From positions 17,362,001-17,426,000 of the forward strand of contig NC_087437.1 in the NCBI RefSeq assembly GCF_036321535.1: 64,000 nucleotides of DNA. Reading direction: 5' to 3'. The notes beneath the pieces were generated by a model that was given only the letters and a program-made list of their open reading frames with translations, had not been told where the DNA came from and searched no databases. Positions 13,736-29,631 of this stretch are shown piece by piece; position 1 is the first letter of the stretch; every line of letters starts with the position of its first letter. Source of the stretch: Camelus dromedarius. Lineage: Eukaryota. A program made the translations under genes and the position numbers.

Positions 13736-14534
13736 CATACACATATATATCTCACATCTTCTTAAACCAGTCATCTGTTGTTGGGCACTTGGGTTGTTTC
13801 TATGTCTTGGCTATTATAAATAGTGCTGCTATGAACACTGGGGTGCACATAGCATTTTGAATTAGAGTTTTTGATTTTTTCTGAATATATACCCAAGAGT
13901 GGGATTGCTGGATCATAGATTAAGCCTGTTTTTGTTTTTTTAAGGAATCTCCATACTGTTTTCCATAATGGCTGCACCAAACGACATTCCCACCGATAGT
14001 GTAGGAGTGTTCCTTTTTCTCCACACCCTCTCCAGCATTTATTATTCATAGACTTTTTGATGATAGCCATTCTGACCAGTGTGAGGTGATACCTCATTGT
14101 GGTTTTGATTTGCATTTCTCTAATAATTAGCGATGTTGAACATCTTTTCATGTACTTGTTGGCCATCTGTATGTCTTCTTTGGAGAAATGTCTGTTTAGG
14201 TCTTGTTTTTTTGTTTGGATTGTTTGCTTTTTTGATATTGAGTTGATATTGCTATCAGCTGATATTGATATGATATTGGTATGAATTGGGTTTGATATTG
14301 ATAAGAGCTGTTTGTAAATTTTGGGTATTAACCCCATGTCAGTTACATTGTTTGTAAATATTTTCTCCTGTTCCATAGGTTGTCTTTTTGTTTTGTTGAT
14401 GGTTTCCTTTCTGTGCAAAAGCTTTTAGGTTTGATTAGGTCTCATTTGTTTATTTTTGCTTTTAATTATTTTGCCTTGGGAGATTGATCTAAGAAAATAT
14501 TGCTACAATTTATGTCAGAAAATGTTTTGCCTAG
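13181..14534 (-). mobile_element. 5'-truncated L1 (ORF2 C-terminus and 3'UTR) containing a TG/TA microsatellite
   Basis: The ORF at 13771-14418 (-) encodes L1 ORF2 C-terminal motifs ([32 protein letters not shown]). Confidence 0.92.
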
Positions 14535-16558
14535 GTAGTTCAGAACTGTATTTTTGTTCAATCAACATTTGTTAAATGTACTCTGTGTGCTAGGAACACA
14601 GATATGAATGAGAACTCTCCTGCCTTCATGGAACTCACAGGCCACAGAGGAGGATGTGACTTGGCAAGCTCCCTTAAGATGGTGCCTGGATCTGTTGAGG
14701 GAGTGGACATAACAGATTAAAGGAGCCATCTCGAGCTGTGCACAATCCAGAAAACTTGAGATGTGCTGACAAGTCCTGCCTAGCATGGATGTGGGAGGAG
14801 GTGGAGTCAAACTATGATGGCTCCTGACTTCTCTGTGGCTTCAAGTTTTCTCAGAAAGAGCACTTTAAAAAATCAGAGGTCTGAGTGAAATTTAATACTT
14901 ATCCCTTGGCCTGAAATTTGCTAGCTGGGCCTATATGAAGATTTGAGTAGAAGTGGTTGGCAGAGTGGAAAGAATGTGTAAGTAAGTTATTATAAGATAA
15001 CAAGTTTGTCTTGATAATTGCATTTCCAGAGAACTATCTAAGTAATCACATAAAATTTAAAGTTTTCTGGCAGAAGATGGCTTGAGGGAATTATTCAGAT
15101 TCTGTCCTGATCAGCAGTCCCAAGTTCTTGTTTAACGCAATTGACATATATGAGCTCAAAGTGCCATCTACCAATCTTTATGAAAATCTTATATTATTAT
15201 TGCCCCAGACTACCAACCAATCCAGGCTGCTTCTTTCCAAAATCTCTTCTAGATTTCTTGATAAATTGTAGGTTATTTTCCCAAAACAATAATTACATGA
15301 GGAACAAAATGTAGGCAAACTGTCTCCTATGAATTACTGTTGCACACCATCCTGTCTCATGAAGAGAGTTTATAGCAATTTAAGGCTATTGGAAGGGATC
15401 ACCAACATTATCTTCAGTCTTTGATTCATAAAACTGGCACTATGTGTGAATGAATACTCTTCTGTAAATTTCAAAATATTAACGCTTTATTGGCATTTCT
15501 ATTAAAATAATAGTTAAAAGCAAAATAGGCAGGAAAGGTTCCTTGACTGATGGGATTCATCTTTACATATTACACAGTGTAATACACAGTGCATCTCCAT
15601 ATCTGACAGGGTGTAGTTACAGATAACAAAAATCACGCTAGCTCTTTCAATCAGAAAGAGATATAATACAAGGAATCAAAAGTCTAAAATCAGTGGAAGG
15701 ACTGGAGGAGCAAATTTCAATCTGGGCCTCTAGGCACATTTCTGAGAATGCATGGCTTATCCTTTAAAAAAAATTCCTAATTTAGCAATTCATAAACTGT
15801 ATGTAAGCCTTCTTGCTATATAAACAGAGCAGAGAGGAAAATAAGCATTTTTTCTATGCTAGTAACAGAATCTTCACAGTATTTGACTAACATGAAGAAA
15901 GCAAGCTAGTATTTAGTGAGCACTTATTATGTGCCAATGATTGTTCTAGATGCTTTTGATCTATCTTTTCATTAAGTCCTTATTAATGACCTTTCCAGGG
16001 TGGCAATATCAGCCCATCTCACAGATGAAGAAACTGAGGTTTAGAAAGGTTATGTGATATATGCACAGGCAGGAAATGATAGGAGATAGAATTCAAATTC
16101 AGGTCTGCTGCCTCAAGAATTAGTTAGACCTGTTGTCCAGCACTGGTTGTTAATCCAAAGTCCTATTTGGTGGCATCCAACCAAAGTTTGATTCAATGTT
16201 TAATAACTACATCCAACAGGACAGTTTACTCAACCCTTGAGAGGTGTTTTATAATTCACTTTTTTTAGATGATCCATGAGGATGTGGTTCTTGAAAGCAG
16301 ATGTTTCAGAGTATCACAGGGGCAAACAAGCCAGCAAACATTTTCTATCTTAGGCTAAAATAATCCTGTTTATGTCACTTGACTCAGAACTTTGCAGTCT
16401 CATCCAACACATCTTTAGATCTTCAGAAGATCAAAAATTCTTTTCTAGGGAACATCATGGATTTACATGCAGGCAGTTCTTTTCCACACCTGTACTAAGT
16501 GTGTAGGTCTTCTATCTAAGAATACATATCTGATCTTTAGACATTCACAGAATGATGG

Positions 16559-17088
16559 TATATGAATTTTCTGTTTGCTGCTGTAACAAATTACCACAAA
16601 CTTGGTGGCTTAAAACAACATGAATTTATTATCTTGCAGTTTTATAAGTCAGAGGTCCAGTTCAGGTAACCCTGGGCTAAAACCAAGTTGTTGGCAGGGT
16701 GTGCTCCTTTCTGGGTGTTCTAGGGAAGGATCTATTTCCTTGCATTTTCTATCTTCAAGAGGCTGCTCACATTCCTTGGCATATAACTCCCTTCTGTCTT
16801 CAGTGCGAGCAACTGCAGGCTGAGTCTGCATATTTCATCACTCTGACTTTGCTTCTGTTGTCACATCTCCTCTGACTTTTCTGTCTCTGTCTTCCACTTT
16901 TAAGGACCCTTTTGATTACACTGGGCCCAAACACATAATCCAGGATAGCCTCCCTATTTTAAGGTCAGTTGATTAACAGCCTTAATTCCGTCTGCAACCT
17001 TAATTCCCCTTTGTCATATAAGATAGTGGTGTGGGAATTAGGATGTGGGTATCTTGCTGGGAATGGGGGGCATTATTCTGCCTACCAT
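16559..17088. mobile_element. MaLR (MLT1-type) solo LTR
   Basis: gctgctgtaacaaattaccacaaacttggtggcttaaaacaaca...ggggggcattattctgcctacca, typical MLT1 ends. Confidence 0.75.
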
Positions 17089-19110
17089 GGATGGTTACTT
17101 TGCAGAGCAGTATAGAAGAAAGGGCTTGGGATGGCAGACCTGGATCTGAATCTTGTTCCTACCATTAACTAGTTATGTCACCCACGAACTGGCAAGTTAC
17201 CCAACCTCTCAGAACCTATTTCCTCATCTATAAAATGGAGATTATATTATCTACTTCATAGAGTTGTTTTGACCTTTAAATGATAAAATAAAGTTCTTAG
17301 TGCATGTCTGCTATAAAAGAGGCTAAATAAACATAGATATCCTTATAATTAGAGAATCTACAGCCATATTTAAAACCAAACAATCCAAAAGAGTACTTCC
17401 CAGGTGCTTGGAAGCATCTGTGCTTGTTATTTCCTGTGGTTTCATTTTACCTTTAACTCTAATTGAATGGTTGCCTCAAGTCCTTTCAAAACCAGTGTAT
17501 TGATCCTAAATAAACATACAGAACAATAAATGAAGACATACTTTATTTCACTATTAGGCTCAGCTAGTTTCTCTCTAGATGACATTTTAACAGAGAACAA
17601 AGAGGGAAACATGAATCCTTTTGACTTATCTCCTATTTATTCTTTCACCATCTTCTCCTGGCTATCAAAATCCATTTCTTCACTTATATTCATTGAGAAA
17701 ACTTCAACATTGTTATCTGTGTCTTTTCACATACATGGCTTTTCCTGTGATGGTTTATGGATCTATCCCTGCATAAAGTAAAGAGGCAGTTGGCCAACAT
17801 ACTTGCCTTTCAGCTCTCAGAAAGCTGAAGTTAATGATTGACCTGTTGTGTTCAAAGCCCATTATTGAATCCATATTAACTATCCATTAAAAATGATGTT
17901 GTACAATATTTAATAACATGGAAAAATGTTTATAATGTATTGGTAAGTAAAGGGGAAGTTATAAAAGAGGATATAGTGTTTCATACCACTTTTGGGGGGA
18001 AAATGTTCACAAACAGAAAAATGCCTGGAAGGGTCCATAGTTATCTCTGGGTGGTAGGAAGGATTATGAGTGGTTTTGTTTTCTTTGCCTTCTCACATTT
18101 CTCAATATTCTACAATAAACATATATTGCTTTTGTAATAAGAATAAACAAAAATTAATTTTTCTCTAAAGATCTGCTGGTAGTAAATAGCTCCTGAGCAT
18201 AAGCTTGTCCTAAGCAAGCCCAGGGAAGCCTGATGAGGAACTCAGGTGGGACTGAACCTGATTGGGCCAAACTGTGAGACGTGCTCTGGGAAGCAGGGAA
18301 ATAGCAACTGAAGTTCAGCCTGGTCTTGTTGAAAGATATCCTTCCTAAATGGCTGGTAATGATTTAATTAAGAAAAGCAGATACACATTATTTAAGAAAC
18401 AGCTCCAGTTATGCCTGAGGAATTTAATATTAAAGAAAATATGAGAGACCTAGCAACATAAACAGAGCCAGAGACAGAGAAGCTAAATACACAAATCCTT
18501 TCTATAGCCAAACTGCACATCCTAATGTTTTACTAGTCTTGAAGTATTATTAAGGACTCTAAAGTATTTTAATGGCTAAGGCTCCCATTTTTATTTAAAC
18601 TAGCTGTTTAAATTCATTTATTTATATTACTTATATTTTATTCTTAACAAAATTTGCTTCATAAAAAAATAGTCCATTCATTCATTCAGCAAACACTTAT
18701 TGAACACCCATCTCCTGCCAAGCACTGTGCTAGATGCTCAAATATAAAAATTAGTAATATCTAATTTTAATATCTCTGGGTTAAAACTCTCACAGATCTA
18801 GCAGGAGGGAAAGAAAAAAAAAACAGTTGTAATTCAATGCAATAATTCTATGATTGAAGCACTGAGGTGGGCATCTAACACAGACAGGGGTGGGAGGTAG
18901 GCCTAGGGAAGTTTTCCAGAGAAGGTAATATTTAATCTGGGCCTTGAAAAGTGAGCAGGAATTTACCAAGTGAAAAAGCAGAAAAAGAGTATTATATAAA
19001 GGAACAGCATATGTAAAAACCCAGAAAGAGCATGACATATTCAAAGAATTTTCTGCAATTTGGAATAGCCAGAACTTCTGTGCCTGTGGAGGACAAGCAG
19101 AAGATGATGC

Positions 19111-19522
19111 TGTGATTGTTAATTTTATGTGTCAACTTGGCTGGTCAAAGATTATGCTGATGTTTCTGTGAGGGTGTTTTGGATGAGATTTACATTTAAA
19201 TCAGTGTATCTGAGTAAAGGAGATTGCCCTCCAAAATGGGGGTGGGCCCCATCCAATCAGTTGAAGGTCTTACTAGGAAAAACTGACATTCCCTGAAAAT
19301 AAGGAATTCTGCCAGCAGACTGCCTTTGGACTTGAACTGCAAATCTGCCCTGGGTCTACAGCCTGCTGGTCTACTCTGAAGATTTTGGTTGTGACAGACT
19401 GCATAATTGCATGAGCCAATTCCTTAAAATTATCCTCTTTCTATAGATGTGTGTGTGTCTATATATGTACATATGTAATTACATCCTATTAATTCTGTTT
19501 CTCTGGAGAAATCTGACTAATA
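19111..19522. mobile_element. ERVL MLT2-type solo LTR
   Basis: tgtgattgttaattttatgtgtcaacttgg...ttctgtttctctggagaaatctgactaata. Confidence 0.75.
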
Positions 19523-20204
19523 AAAAGGTTAAAGGCAGAGGATAGAGAGAGTTCTTCTGAATATTTCTGTAGTTTGAATGATCAAGGGAAACTACAGGTT
19601 TTTGGTTACCTAAGTCTACCACTGATTAAGCAATGATGCTGAGAGCAAATATGGATATATGGGCCTATAAGATCCTATGGAGATGTCAGTAGTCAACATC
19701 ATTCCATGTCTCCCTCTTCTTGCTTTTCAAGTCCATTCCATTCCATCCAACAAAACTGAGTGCCACTATGTGCCAGACACTGTGTTAGGGGCCAAGCATA
19801 TAATGGTGGGAAAGTCTGCTTTCAAGATGTGTACAGTCTGGTGAGAAAGACAGGATATAAACAAATGAATGCAGGGACAATGGGGCACAAAGATTTGAGA
19901 GGCCAGGGAAGACTTTGCATAGGAGGAAGTAACACCTGAGGGAACACTACTGAAGCACTGATGTGAAGCCTACAGGTAGACAAGGACAGAAAGGGGGAGG
20001 AATAGGTCATTCCAGGCAGACAGAATCATGTGAATAAAGAATTAAAGTTTATTGAGCACTTGCTAAGTGCCAGATACTAAGTGTTTTGTATATATTAACT
20101 GACTTAATATTTTTATTCTATCCGATGGGGTAATACTATTATTATTGAAATTTTACAGAAGAGGAAATAGGCAAAGAGGTAAAATAAATTGCCCGAGTTT
20201 ATAA

Positions 20205-20340
20205 TTTTTTTAATTAATTAAAAAAATTTGGGGGGGTAATTAGGTTTATTTATTTATTTGTTAATGAAGGTACTGGAGATTGAACCCAGGACCTTGTGCA
20301 TGCTAAGCTTGCACTCTACCACTGAGGTACATCCTCCCCA
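20205..20340 (-). mobile_element. tRNA-derived SINE inserted in a MIR
   Basis: gattgaacccaggaccttgtgcatgctaagcttgcactctaccactgag core, flanked by MIR-like sequence. Confidence 0.82.
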
Positions 20341-20664
20341 CCCCAGTTCACACATTTAATAAGTTCTATAGCTAAGATTCAAATTCAGACAGTCTGGGTT
20401 CAGTATCCAAGTTTAAAAAAATTTCAATTCTTGTGTCACTCTCTGTCTTAATTAATTAATGCAGCAGTCATAGATTCATTAAATCTTAAAGCCAGAAATG
20501 TCTTTAGATAATCTAGTCAAGTGATTCTTGCACAATAAAATTATACATTAGGATTAATGGGAGGTTTTTAAAAATACCAATGCCTAGCATTGCCATCCCC
20601 ACTTCCCTAACCCACAATGGAGGAATCACTCCTTTTTTCCCCTTTCTTTTATTTTTTTTTCCCT

Positions 20665-21105
20665 ATTTTTAAAAATTGTGGTAAAATACAAATAACCCAA
20701 AACTTATCATATTAACATATTTTTAAATGTTCAATTCAATGGCATTAATTACATTCACATCACACAACCATCACCACTATTTATTTCCAACTTTTTCATT
20801 ACCCCAAACAGAAACTCTGTAGCCATAATTCCCCATTCCCCCTTACCCAAGCCCCTGGTAACTTCTAATCTATTTTTTCTTTTTATGAATTTGCCTATTC
20901 TAAATACTGCATATGAGTGCAATCATACAATATTTGTCCTTTTGTTTCTGGCTTATTTCAGTTAACATAATGTCCCCAAGGTTTATCCATGTTGTAGTAT
21001 GTATTGGACCTTCATTCCTTTTTATGGATGAATAATACTCAATTTTATGGATATACCACATGCTCTTTACCCATTCATCTGTTGGGGCACTTAGGTTGCT
21101 TTTCT
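20665..21105 (-). mobile_element. Old L1MB-type 3' fragment
   Basis: ttgtggtaaaatacaaataac...gttgggcacttaggttg, typical L1M 3'UTR in antisense. Confidence 0.7.
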
Positions 21106-21384
21106 TCCTTCAAACACACACTGAGGAACCACTACTTTTTTAAAACTTCACCATGTCATACATGAAGAGAATAAAATAATGAAAAGAGGCAGAGGCTAAG
21201 TACCAAATGGCACAGGGAAAAGGTTCAGAGGGGTGACATGTGTACATTTTGGTTTGGATGGCAGGAGGCTAGTTTTTAGGGTGGAGTTCTAGTGGCAGGG
21301 GTGGTCACATGACTGAGGCTTTTCTCCTACTTTCTGAACAGATATTTTGTCATCATCACTCCTATTTCCTGTCAGAAAACTTAC

Positions 21385-21553
21385 GATTTCAGGAAAATGA
21401 AAATAGTTTATTCTATTATGAAAGCAGAATATGATTCTGACAGTATTAATGCTTTGTCATTTAAGTCAACAAAATAAATATCATTTTTCCTGAGACCATT
21501 CACATGGATAAGTGGTAGTTACTTCTGGGCTGGGGTGTCAGACAGGGCTGTGT
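21385..21553 (-). other. Well-defined antisense exon (169 bp)
   Basis: Minus strand reads ctttattcctgtcccctacAG|acacag...gaaatc|GTAAGT. It translates as TALSDTPAQK*LPLIHVNGLRKNDIYFVDLNDKALILSESYSAFIIE*TIFIFLKS. Confidence 0.65.
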
Positions 21554-24500
21554 CTGTAGGGGACAGGAATAAAGTTGAGAAGGTAAGATGGGGAAAGAGG
21601 GAGGGGACTGGGAAGAGGAAAGAGTGAGAGAAGAGCAAGGAGAAGACACGAATTTGGGATACTATGTAACAAAATTCTGGACTAAACTTTGGAACAAATT
21701 CTGTTCAACAGTAGAACCTACTGACCTGCTCCATGTGGCCTACTTGGTACCCTTCACATAGAGTGTTCAATGATATATACTGAATTAGTTTCCTAAAGTG
21801 AGTACCTTCCTTTACCTTTTAAGTTCTCTCAGTTCAGAGTGAGGTAGATCATTAGCTTTCTCCAAATTTTTAGTATTCCACCCTTCCCCAATGCTCCTCA
21901 ACTCTAAAACCTCCTAAGATTTCACTTTCTCTCAAAGCTGAGTTGACCTGTATTTTTCCTAGCACATTATCTGTACACATGTGAAGGGGAATATGTCTGG
22001 CTGTTTATAGTATTGTTTTTACTGACTTCTTTCATATTTCCCTTTGTTTTCTCTGGATTTTAGAGCCATTAGTTTTGCCTTTCTTTTTTCTATTTGTTGT
22101 CCCATTCTTGCTTTTATACTAATTCTGATTGTTTCCATTAGGGCTGAAAATGTTGTCATGATCTCTGGCTAAATCAAGATCTTGTCTTAGTCTCTTTCCG
22201 GTAGCTATTGCAAGGATGCTTTAATCTAAGTGTTACAAAGGAGGGACTGATTATGTGCCTTATTTTCTGTTTTCCTAAGAGAGATGTAGATGGATTGTTT
22301 GTCAAGCAATAATCTGATGCAATATGAGTGCTAGTTTAATTGCAATTTCTGCCACTACATATGGTATATCTGTCCTAAGTAATATATCTGACTTAGAATG
22401 ATTCTGTCCAGGTTGCTCTGAAATTTCTTCTTATATTTTAAAAATTATTATTATTAATTTTAACATATCTTATTGAAGTATAGTCAGTTTACAATGTTGT
22501 GTCAATTTCTGGTGTACAGCATAATGTTTCAGTCGTACATATACATGCATATATTCCTTTTCATATTCTTTTTCATTATGTATTTTCTTTTTATATTTTT
22601 ATAGAGATTCAGTTGGTTTGTAATTCTTCTCTTTTCTTTCCTTTGGTTGAATTGTAAGTCTTCTCTTTTCTTCCCTTGGGTTGAATTTACCCATGGTGGT
22701 TCCTTTATAATCTGAGTATTTGAAATCTTACACGATTAACTTTTCTTATAGCCCTTCTTTTACGTCTTCATAAAACTGTTCAGTTTCATGATTTGATTAT
22801 AGACTTAGTTCATTTTGATCATTTGCCACTTACATGCAACATGAATATTATCATACCTTCTAAGAAGGGCAAACACATACTTCTTCACAAGTCCCTGATT
22901 TCCTAAGTGTGACTGATTTAAGAAAGGGTGTGTTCTTTTTACCTTCTACTCTGTTATTTCTCACTTATTATCATTATTCTTGTCTTTCAAACTCTACTTT
23001 ATTCATTTATATAAGAATGAATTTTCTAGTTCCAGAGGTTGGAGCTTAGAAGCAGGTTCTTTTTCCTCTAAAGCAGCGGGCCTTTACACAAAGATACAGA
23101 CCTAAAGAGTATTAGTAAACTGTAAGCAAACTTAAATGCTTCCTCTAGTCCTCCTGATCCTCTTGAGTTGTAGTGGGGAAGAGAGAGAAGAATCCTTATT
23201 CCAAGAGGGATGCTGAAGTTTCTGCCAGGCAGGGTTCATCATAAGGATGGGTAGAATCATACTCACAGCTTTTGGGGCCTCACAATATGGGCCCCTTTTC
23301 ATCAGTTTGGAAGTGTGAATGGCTTCTCTTGGTAGGTCTCAGGAGGTATGTTGAACAGCACAGATCCTATGCATGTCCTGATGTTTCTCAATATCCTGGA
23401 AAGATGGTTGTTGTGTCTTCCCTTTCAGGTGACAAGTTAGGTGTAGTCTTTTCATTTTTATTCAGGAGAAAGGCTGTCCAAGCACATTGGGGTAATAAAG
23501 TATCTCAGGACTAGGCTGCTCAGGTAGTAACCGATTAGTTCTTGATGTTTAGTAATCTGATTCATGAATGTCAAAAATCACATCAATATCTACATTTAAA
23601 CCACTATATTATAATCAAGTTGCATTAGTCAGCTTTATATCTAAGACTTTTTTTGTTTTGTTTTGTTTACCACTTTAGGGATCAGTCTGGTAACTAAAGA
23701 AAGTCTTATTACCACTATTACCAAATGGCATTAGCCTTAGGCACCATAAGAGGACTGCCCTAAGGATTCCTACCAAGACAGTAGGGATGGCAGTGTTAAT
23801 TTTCTCAGCCTTAGGAGAAAAGTGATCTTGGGCCTTATGTTGTGGGATATAGTTTAGGAAACAGTATCTCTTTTGGATACAAATACTGCTTTCAGTCTTG
23901 CCACACTAAATTGTGCCCATTGTTCCAGCAGTCACCAAACTGCATCCTTTTAATCCATTTGTGTCCAGCATTTCAGATTGATACAGTTGTGCTTTTTCCT
24001 AATGGGGAGGGGAGGAGGATGTTCCCCCTTAAAGCCAACTGAGGGTGAACGTTATCAGATCATTATTTACAATGACTGGTTGTGCTTTCTTATTCTCCAA
24101 TTGGAAGTCTGCTTAGACAGTACATTTGCTCTTTGCTTGCTTGAACAAAGAGAAATAAAATTGGAGAGAAGGGGCCAGCAGTGAGTGGCTTATGCACTCA
24201 TTGAAGTGGTAAGGATCTGTGACTTTCCCAGGGTCAAGTGAATACTGTTGGTGCCCAACCAAGAGAGCTGCCCCCCAGGCAATAGGACCCAAGCAGCAAA
24301 AATCTGTGGGCTATAGCCCCAGGGCAGGAGACTCTCCTACATCAGGGACTTGTGCACTGGGGAGACTCTACAAAATTTATGCAAGATAGCCTGCATTTGG
24401 ATGCCTGCAACCTAGAGAGTATCAGTGGCCTATCAGAGTTAGCAGAGAAATAAAGACAACAATCAAAGAGAATTTCACCATGTGTTAAAGTCAGCATTCA

Positions 24501-25763
24501 ACCTGAGATACAGAACCAGTAGATTTATTAAATGTAATTGTGGGGGCTGGATAAGGAAGTCTGAAGTCTGTGGGCAGACAGAAAGGAAAGATCTTATATC
24601 ATGTTGTAACCCATGAGCACAGGATGAAGCTTCTTGTCTACAGGCAGTAAGGAAAGGAAGGTAATGAGCAGGTTGGAATCCCAATGGCATGAACTGTTTG
24701 GAATCTCTGAGCTGAAGGAAGAAGGCCTAAAGCTCTTTTTTAAAGGGCTTACTTGTTTAGGTCAGGCCCACCCAGGATAGTCTTTCTTTTATTAACTTAG
24801 CTGATTAGAGTTTTATCACATCTGCAAAATACCTTCATAACAACACCTAGATTAGTGTTTGATCAAATAACTGAGAAATGTAGTTCAGCTTAGCCAAGTT
24901 TATGTATACATCAAAAGCCCATCATACAACAACAGCCAATATATGAGATATGTGTCCTTTCCTTTTCTGTCCTCCCTGTGCCAACACATCAGGGGAGCTG
25001 GAGCCTTGTAGAAGGAGATGGAGATGTCCCAAAGGCAGACCATATTGCCCTCCCACGGACTCCAAAAGAAGGGAAAGGGAGAAGGAATAATACAGCAGAC
25101 TACAGCCTCTCCCTATTCATGCCCCCGGGGCTACAAATCTGGTCTGCAGTAGGAAGGGGAAAGCTGTGAATGTATATAAGACACAAGTTTAATGATGAAC
25201 AGCAAATTGGAAGTTATGGGATCTAACTGAAATGTCGTTATACTTGCTGACCACTGAGGAAAGGAAATTTAACCACAAATTTGAGTACAATGACTGGAGA
25301 CAAAATTCCACTGAGTTGAGACAACTAAGTAATAAAACGATGAGATTACAAACATTAGAACTACTACAGATGTTAAACAAGGAAGAAAAAAATAAGTGGC
25401 TAGAGTGGTCAGGGAAGGCTTGTTTCTGAAAGGCAGAATTTGGACTGGGCCTTCGTAAAAGATGAGAAATGTTTAGAAAGTTGGAGCAGAGGGTAAGCTA
25501 GTGAGAATAAAGGCTTAGAGAAGTGATATGTACATGTGAAGAGTGGGGACAGGGAGGAGACTGGATTGATCAGAACAAAGTATGTGTGTTAAGGAGCTAA
25601 GTATTGATATGGGCTAGACTAGGAAAGGTCTTCAGAGCTAGGCAGAGGAGTTGAGATTTAATGAAGTTGTCAATAGGAAATCTTGTAGGTTCTTGGGTGG
25701 GGAAAGCTTGAGGGAATTTTTTGTTTTGTTTTGAATCTTTTAAAGGCATTAAGTGACAGTGGT

Positions 25764-25790
25764 TGTGTGTGTGTGTGTGTGTGTGTGTGT
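25764..25790. repeat. (TG)n microsatellite
   Basis: Directly visible. Confidence 0.95.
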
Positions 25791-26818
25791 ATAGTGGTAT
25801 GTATAGTTGGATTTTAGGGGAGAAGAACTGGGATTCAAGGGGGCTAGTTAGGATGCTGTTGCAATATTCTAGATGGGAATTCACAAAAACTCGATCCAGA
25901 ATCACAAAGGTAAAATGGAATTGGAGGAGAAATGAAAACTCTGAGAAATATTTCAAAGACAAAAACAGTAAGATTGATGACCAAATGAAAGTGTGATGGC
26001 AAAAAGGCTAATTCAGAGTATTTCTTGGTTTCTAGCTTGGGGAACTAGAAAAATGGTGGTATTTCAAACATAGGTGAGGAAATTAGGGAAGAAAAATCTA
26101 TTTGGAAGATCAAGACTATTAGTGAAGGTAAGGTCATGATGTGAAGGGAAAATATCCTGATAAAAGTTTAAAAAAGGGAGCATCCAGATTAGCCTGATAC
26201 AAGATGCATAAAGGACTACAAGTGGGAGGTACAGGCTAGGATCTGAAAGGCTTGGAGGCACAGGTGGTGTTTTTTCAAATGATTCTTCAAACTGAAGGTG
26301 GTGTCATTTAGAAGAGAAAGGAGTAAACAGGCGTGGAATAGTTGGCTTACCCAGATGGTATTAAAGAACAAAAATGGGATTTGATTTCTGGACCATGGTT
26401 TAAGATCCTGGAACTGGTGAGTTCTTGGCAAGGAACGGGAAATATGTTATGAGGACCAAAAAAAAAAGTTTCCTCTTTTTTTTTTTATTTTAATTTTTTA
26501 GGGGGGAGGGGAGAAATCATTGGGAAGGAAATTAGAAATTTTTCTTGGGGAGAGAGGAGAAAACTAAAGAGAACTGAATGAATAAATACAGATCTCAAAG
26601 AAAGAGTAACATTGTAGAAGACACCCAGTGTTTCAAAAGAGTTAATTATAGGTGAAAAGAAGCTGGAGTTATTAATATTCACTGAAAGTTTACTATATGC
26701 CAGCACTGTGGCAAATCCTTTATATGCATTATTTCATTTAATTCTTACAACAACCTTAACATTTTTCCCACTCAGCTATATGTCATGGACATCTTTCTAT
26801 GTCAATAAAGATCTGTGT

Positions 26819-26821
<3 letters not shown>

Positions 26822-26868
<47 letters not shown>

Positions 26869-27101
26869 TGAAGTATAGTCAGTTTACAATGTTGTGTCAA
26901 TTTCTGTTGTACAGCACAATGCTTCAGTTATACATGAACATACATATATTCGTTTGCATATTTTTCTCCATAAGTTACTACAAGGTATTGAATATAGTTC
27001 CCTGTGCCATACAGCATAAACTTGTTTATCTATTCTATATATATCAGTTAGTATCTGCAAATCTCTAACTCTCACTTTATCCCCTCCCACCCCTTCCCCC
27101 C
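26822..27101 (-). mobile_element. L1 3'-terminal fragment with (TA)n tail
   Basis: Matches the L1 3' end at 3437-3675. Confidence 0.85.
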
Positions 27102-27148
<47 letters not shown>

Positions 27149-27286
27149 TTTTTGCTTTTGTTTTGGCAGGAGGTAATCAGGTTTATTTATTTACTTTTTT
27201 TTTTAAATGGAGGGACTAGGGATTGAACCCAGGACTTCGTGCATGCTAAGCATGTGCTCTACTACACAGCTACACCCTCCTGCCCC
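27102..27286 (-). mobile_element. tRNA-derived SINE abutting an L1 3' fragment
   Basis: gggattgaacccaggacttcgtgcatgctaagcatgtgctctactac core with (TTTA)n tail. Confidence 0.82.
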
Positions 27287-28349
27287 TGTGTTGTCATTTT
27301 GAATGGATGCATAGCATAGTATTCCATTGTATGAAGGGTCATTCTAGTAAGCTACAATGAACTCTCCCATTCATACATTTTTCCCACACTTTTGTGTATG
27401 CTCTCTTTTTATCAATAACAGATTAACTTTTTTTTAGTTTGTAATTTAAGTTTTAAACAATTATCATGATTCAAAAAATACATTAAAAAGTATAGAGTAA
27501 AAATATTTTCTTCCATTCTTGTTCCCTGTCCCACTCCAATGATTATGAGTTACCTTTGTATCTTTCCATAATTACTTTATGTTATACTTTTTATGTTATA
27601 TAAGCAAATACAGGTATGTATTCTTATTTTTTCCTTTCTTAAAACACGTAAAGTAAAAAGCATCTTGTGATCATCTCTTTAGGGTAAAATCTTAGATATG
27701 ATACTGCTGAATTAAAGGGTAGTTTCAGTTAAAATCTTACACATATTGCCCAATTGCTCATAAGAAAATCTGTACATAGCAACAATGCATGAATGTCACT
27801 AAATCCACCTTATTTTCTAATTTCAGTGTATCTATATATCTGAAGATGTATGGGAAGCCAGAATAAATGTTTTTAAAAAATCACTATAATTTGTAATATG
27901 AGGCAAGTTTTGGTATCATACAGAAGTGATTATGCAAAATAATTTGGACTTATCCACTTAGAGTTTATAATATAGACAAATGGACACAATGAGAAGGAAA
28001 GGTTTGATCTAAATTGTTATTTATTTTTCTGTTTTTCTTCCCGGATGGGTAAAGAGGTAGGAATGAAAAAATGGAAAAATGTCAGTTGTTTGTGATGTAA
28101 AGAAAGGAAATAGAGCTGAATGAGACAAAGAAAAAGCAGAATGAGAAATGGGACAGAAGCAAGATGAGAGTGAAAAAAGGATAGACAATTCCATTGGGCC
28201 ACATACATCTGATAAGGCATATTACCAGATCATCTCTTCCTATTACTTTTTAAAAACTCTTGTTACAACCTCTACTTTCTATTTTTAAATTAGTACATAT
28301 GATTATAATAGAAATTAGAACTATATTTCATCTGATTGAACAAATACAT

Positions 28350-28374
28350 TTGTCTTTTTTTCCTTCTTAAATAG
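28350..28374 (+). other. SLC35G2: 3' splice acceptor of the SLC35G2 coding exon (exon starts at 28375)
   Basis: Pyrimidine tract tgtctttttttccttctt followed by aaatAG (AG at 28373-28374), 18 nt before the ATG. Confidence 0.85.
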
Positions 28375-28380
28375 AATTGA

Positions 28381-29631
<1,251 letters not shown>

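Noticed and set aside
14230..14305. Repeated tgatattg motif with variable spacers
   Set aside because: Local slippage inside an L1 ORF2. Irregular, and not a CRISPR-like array.
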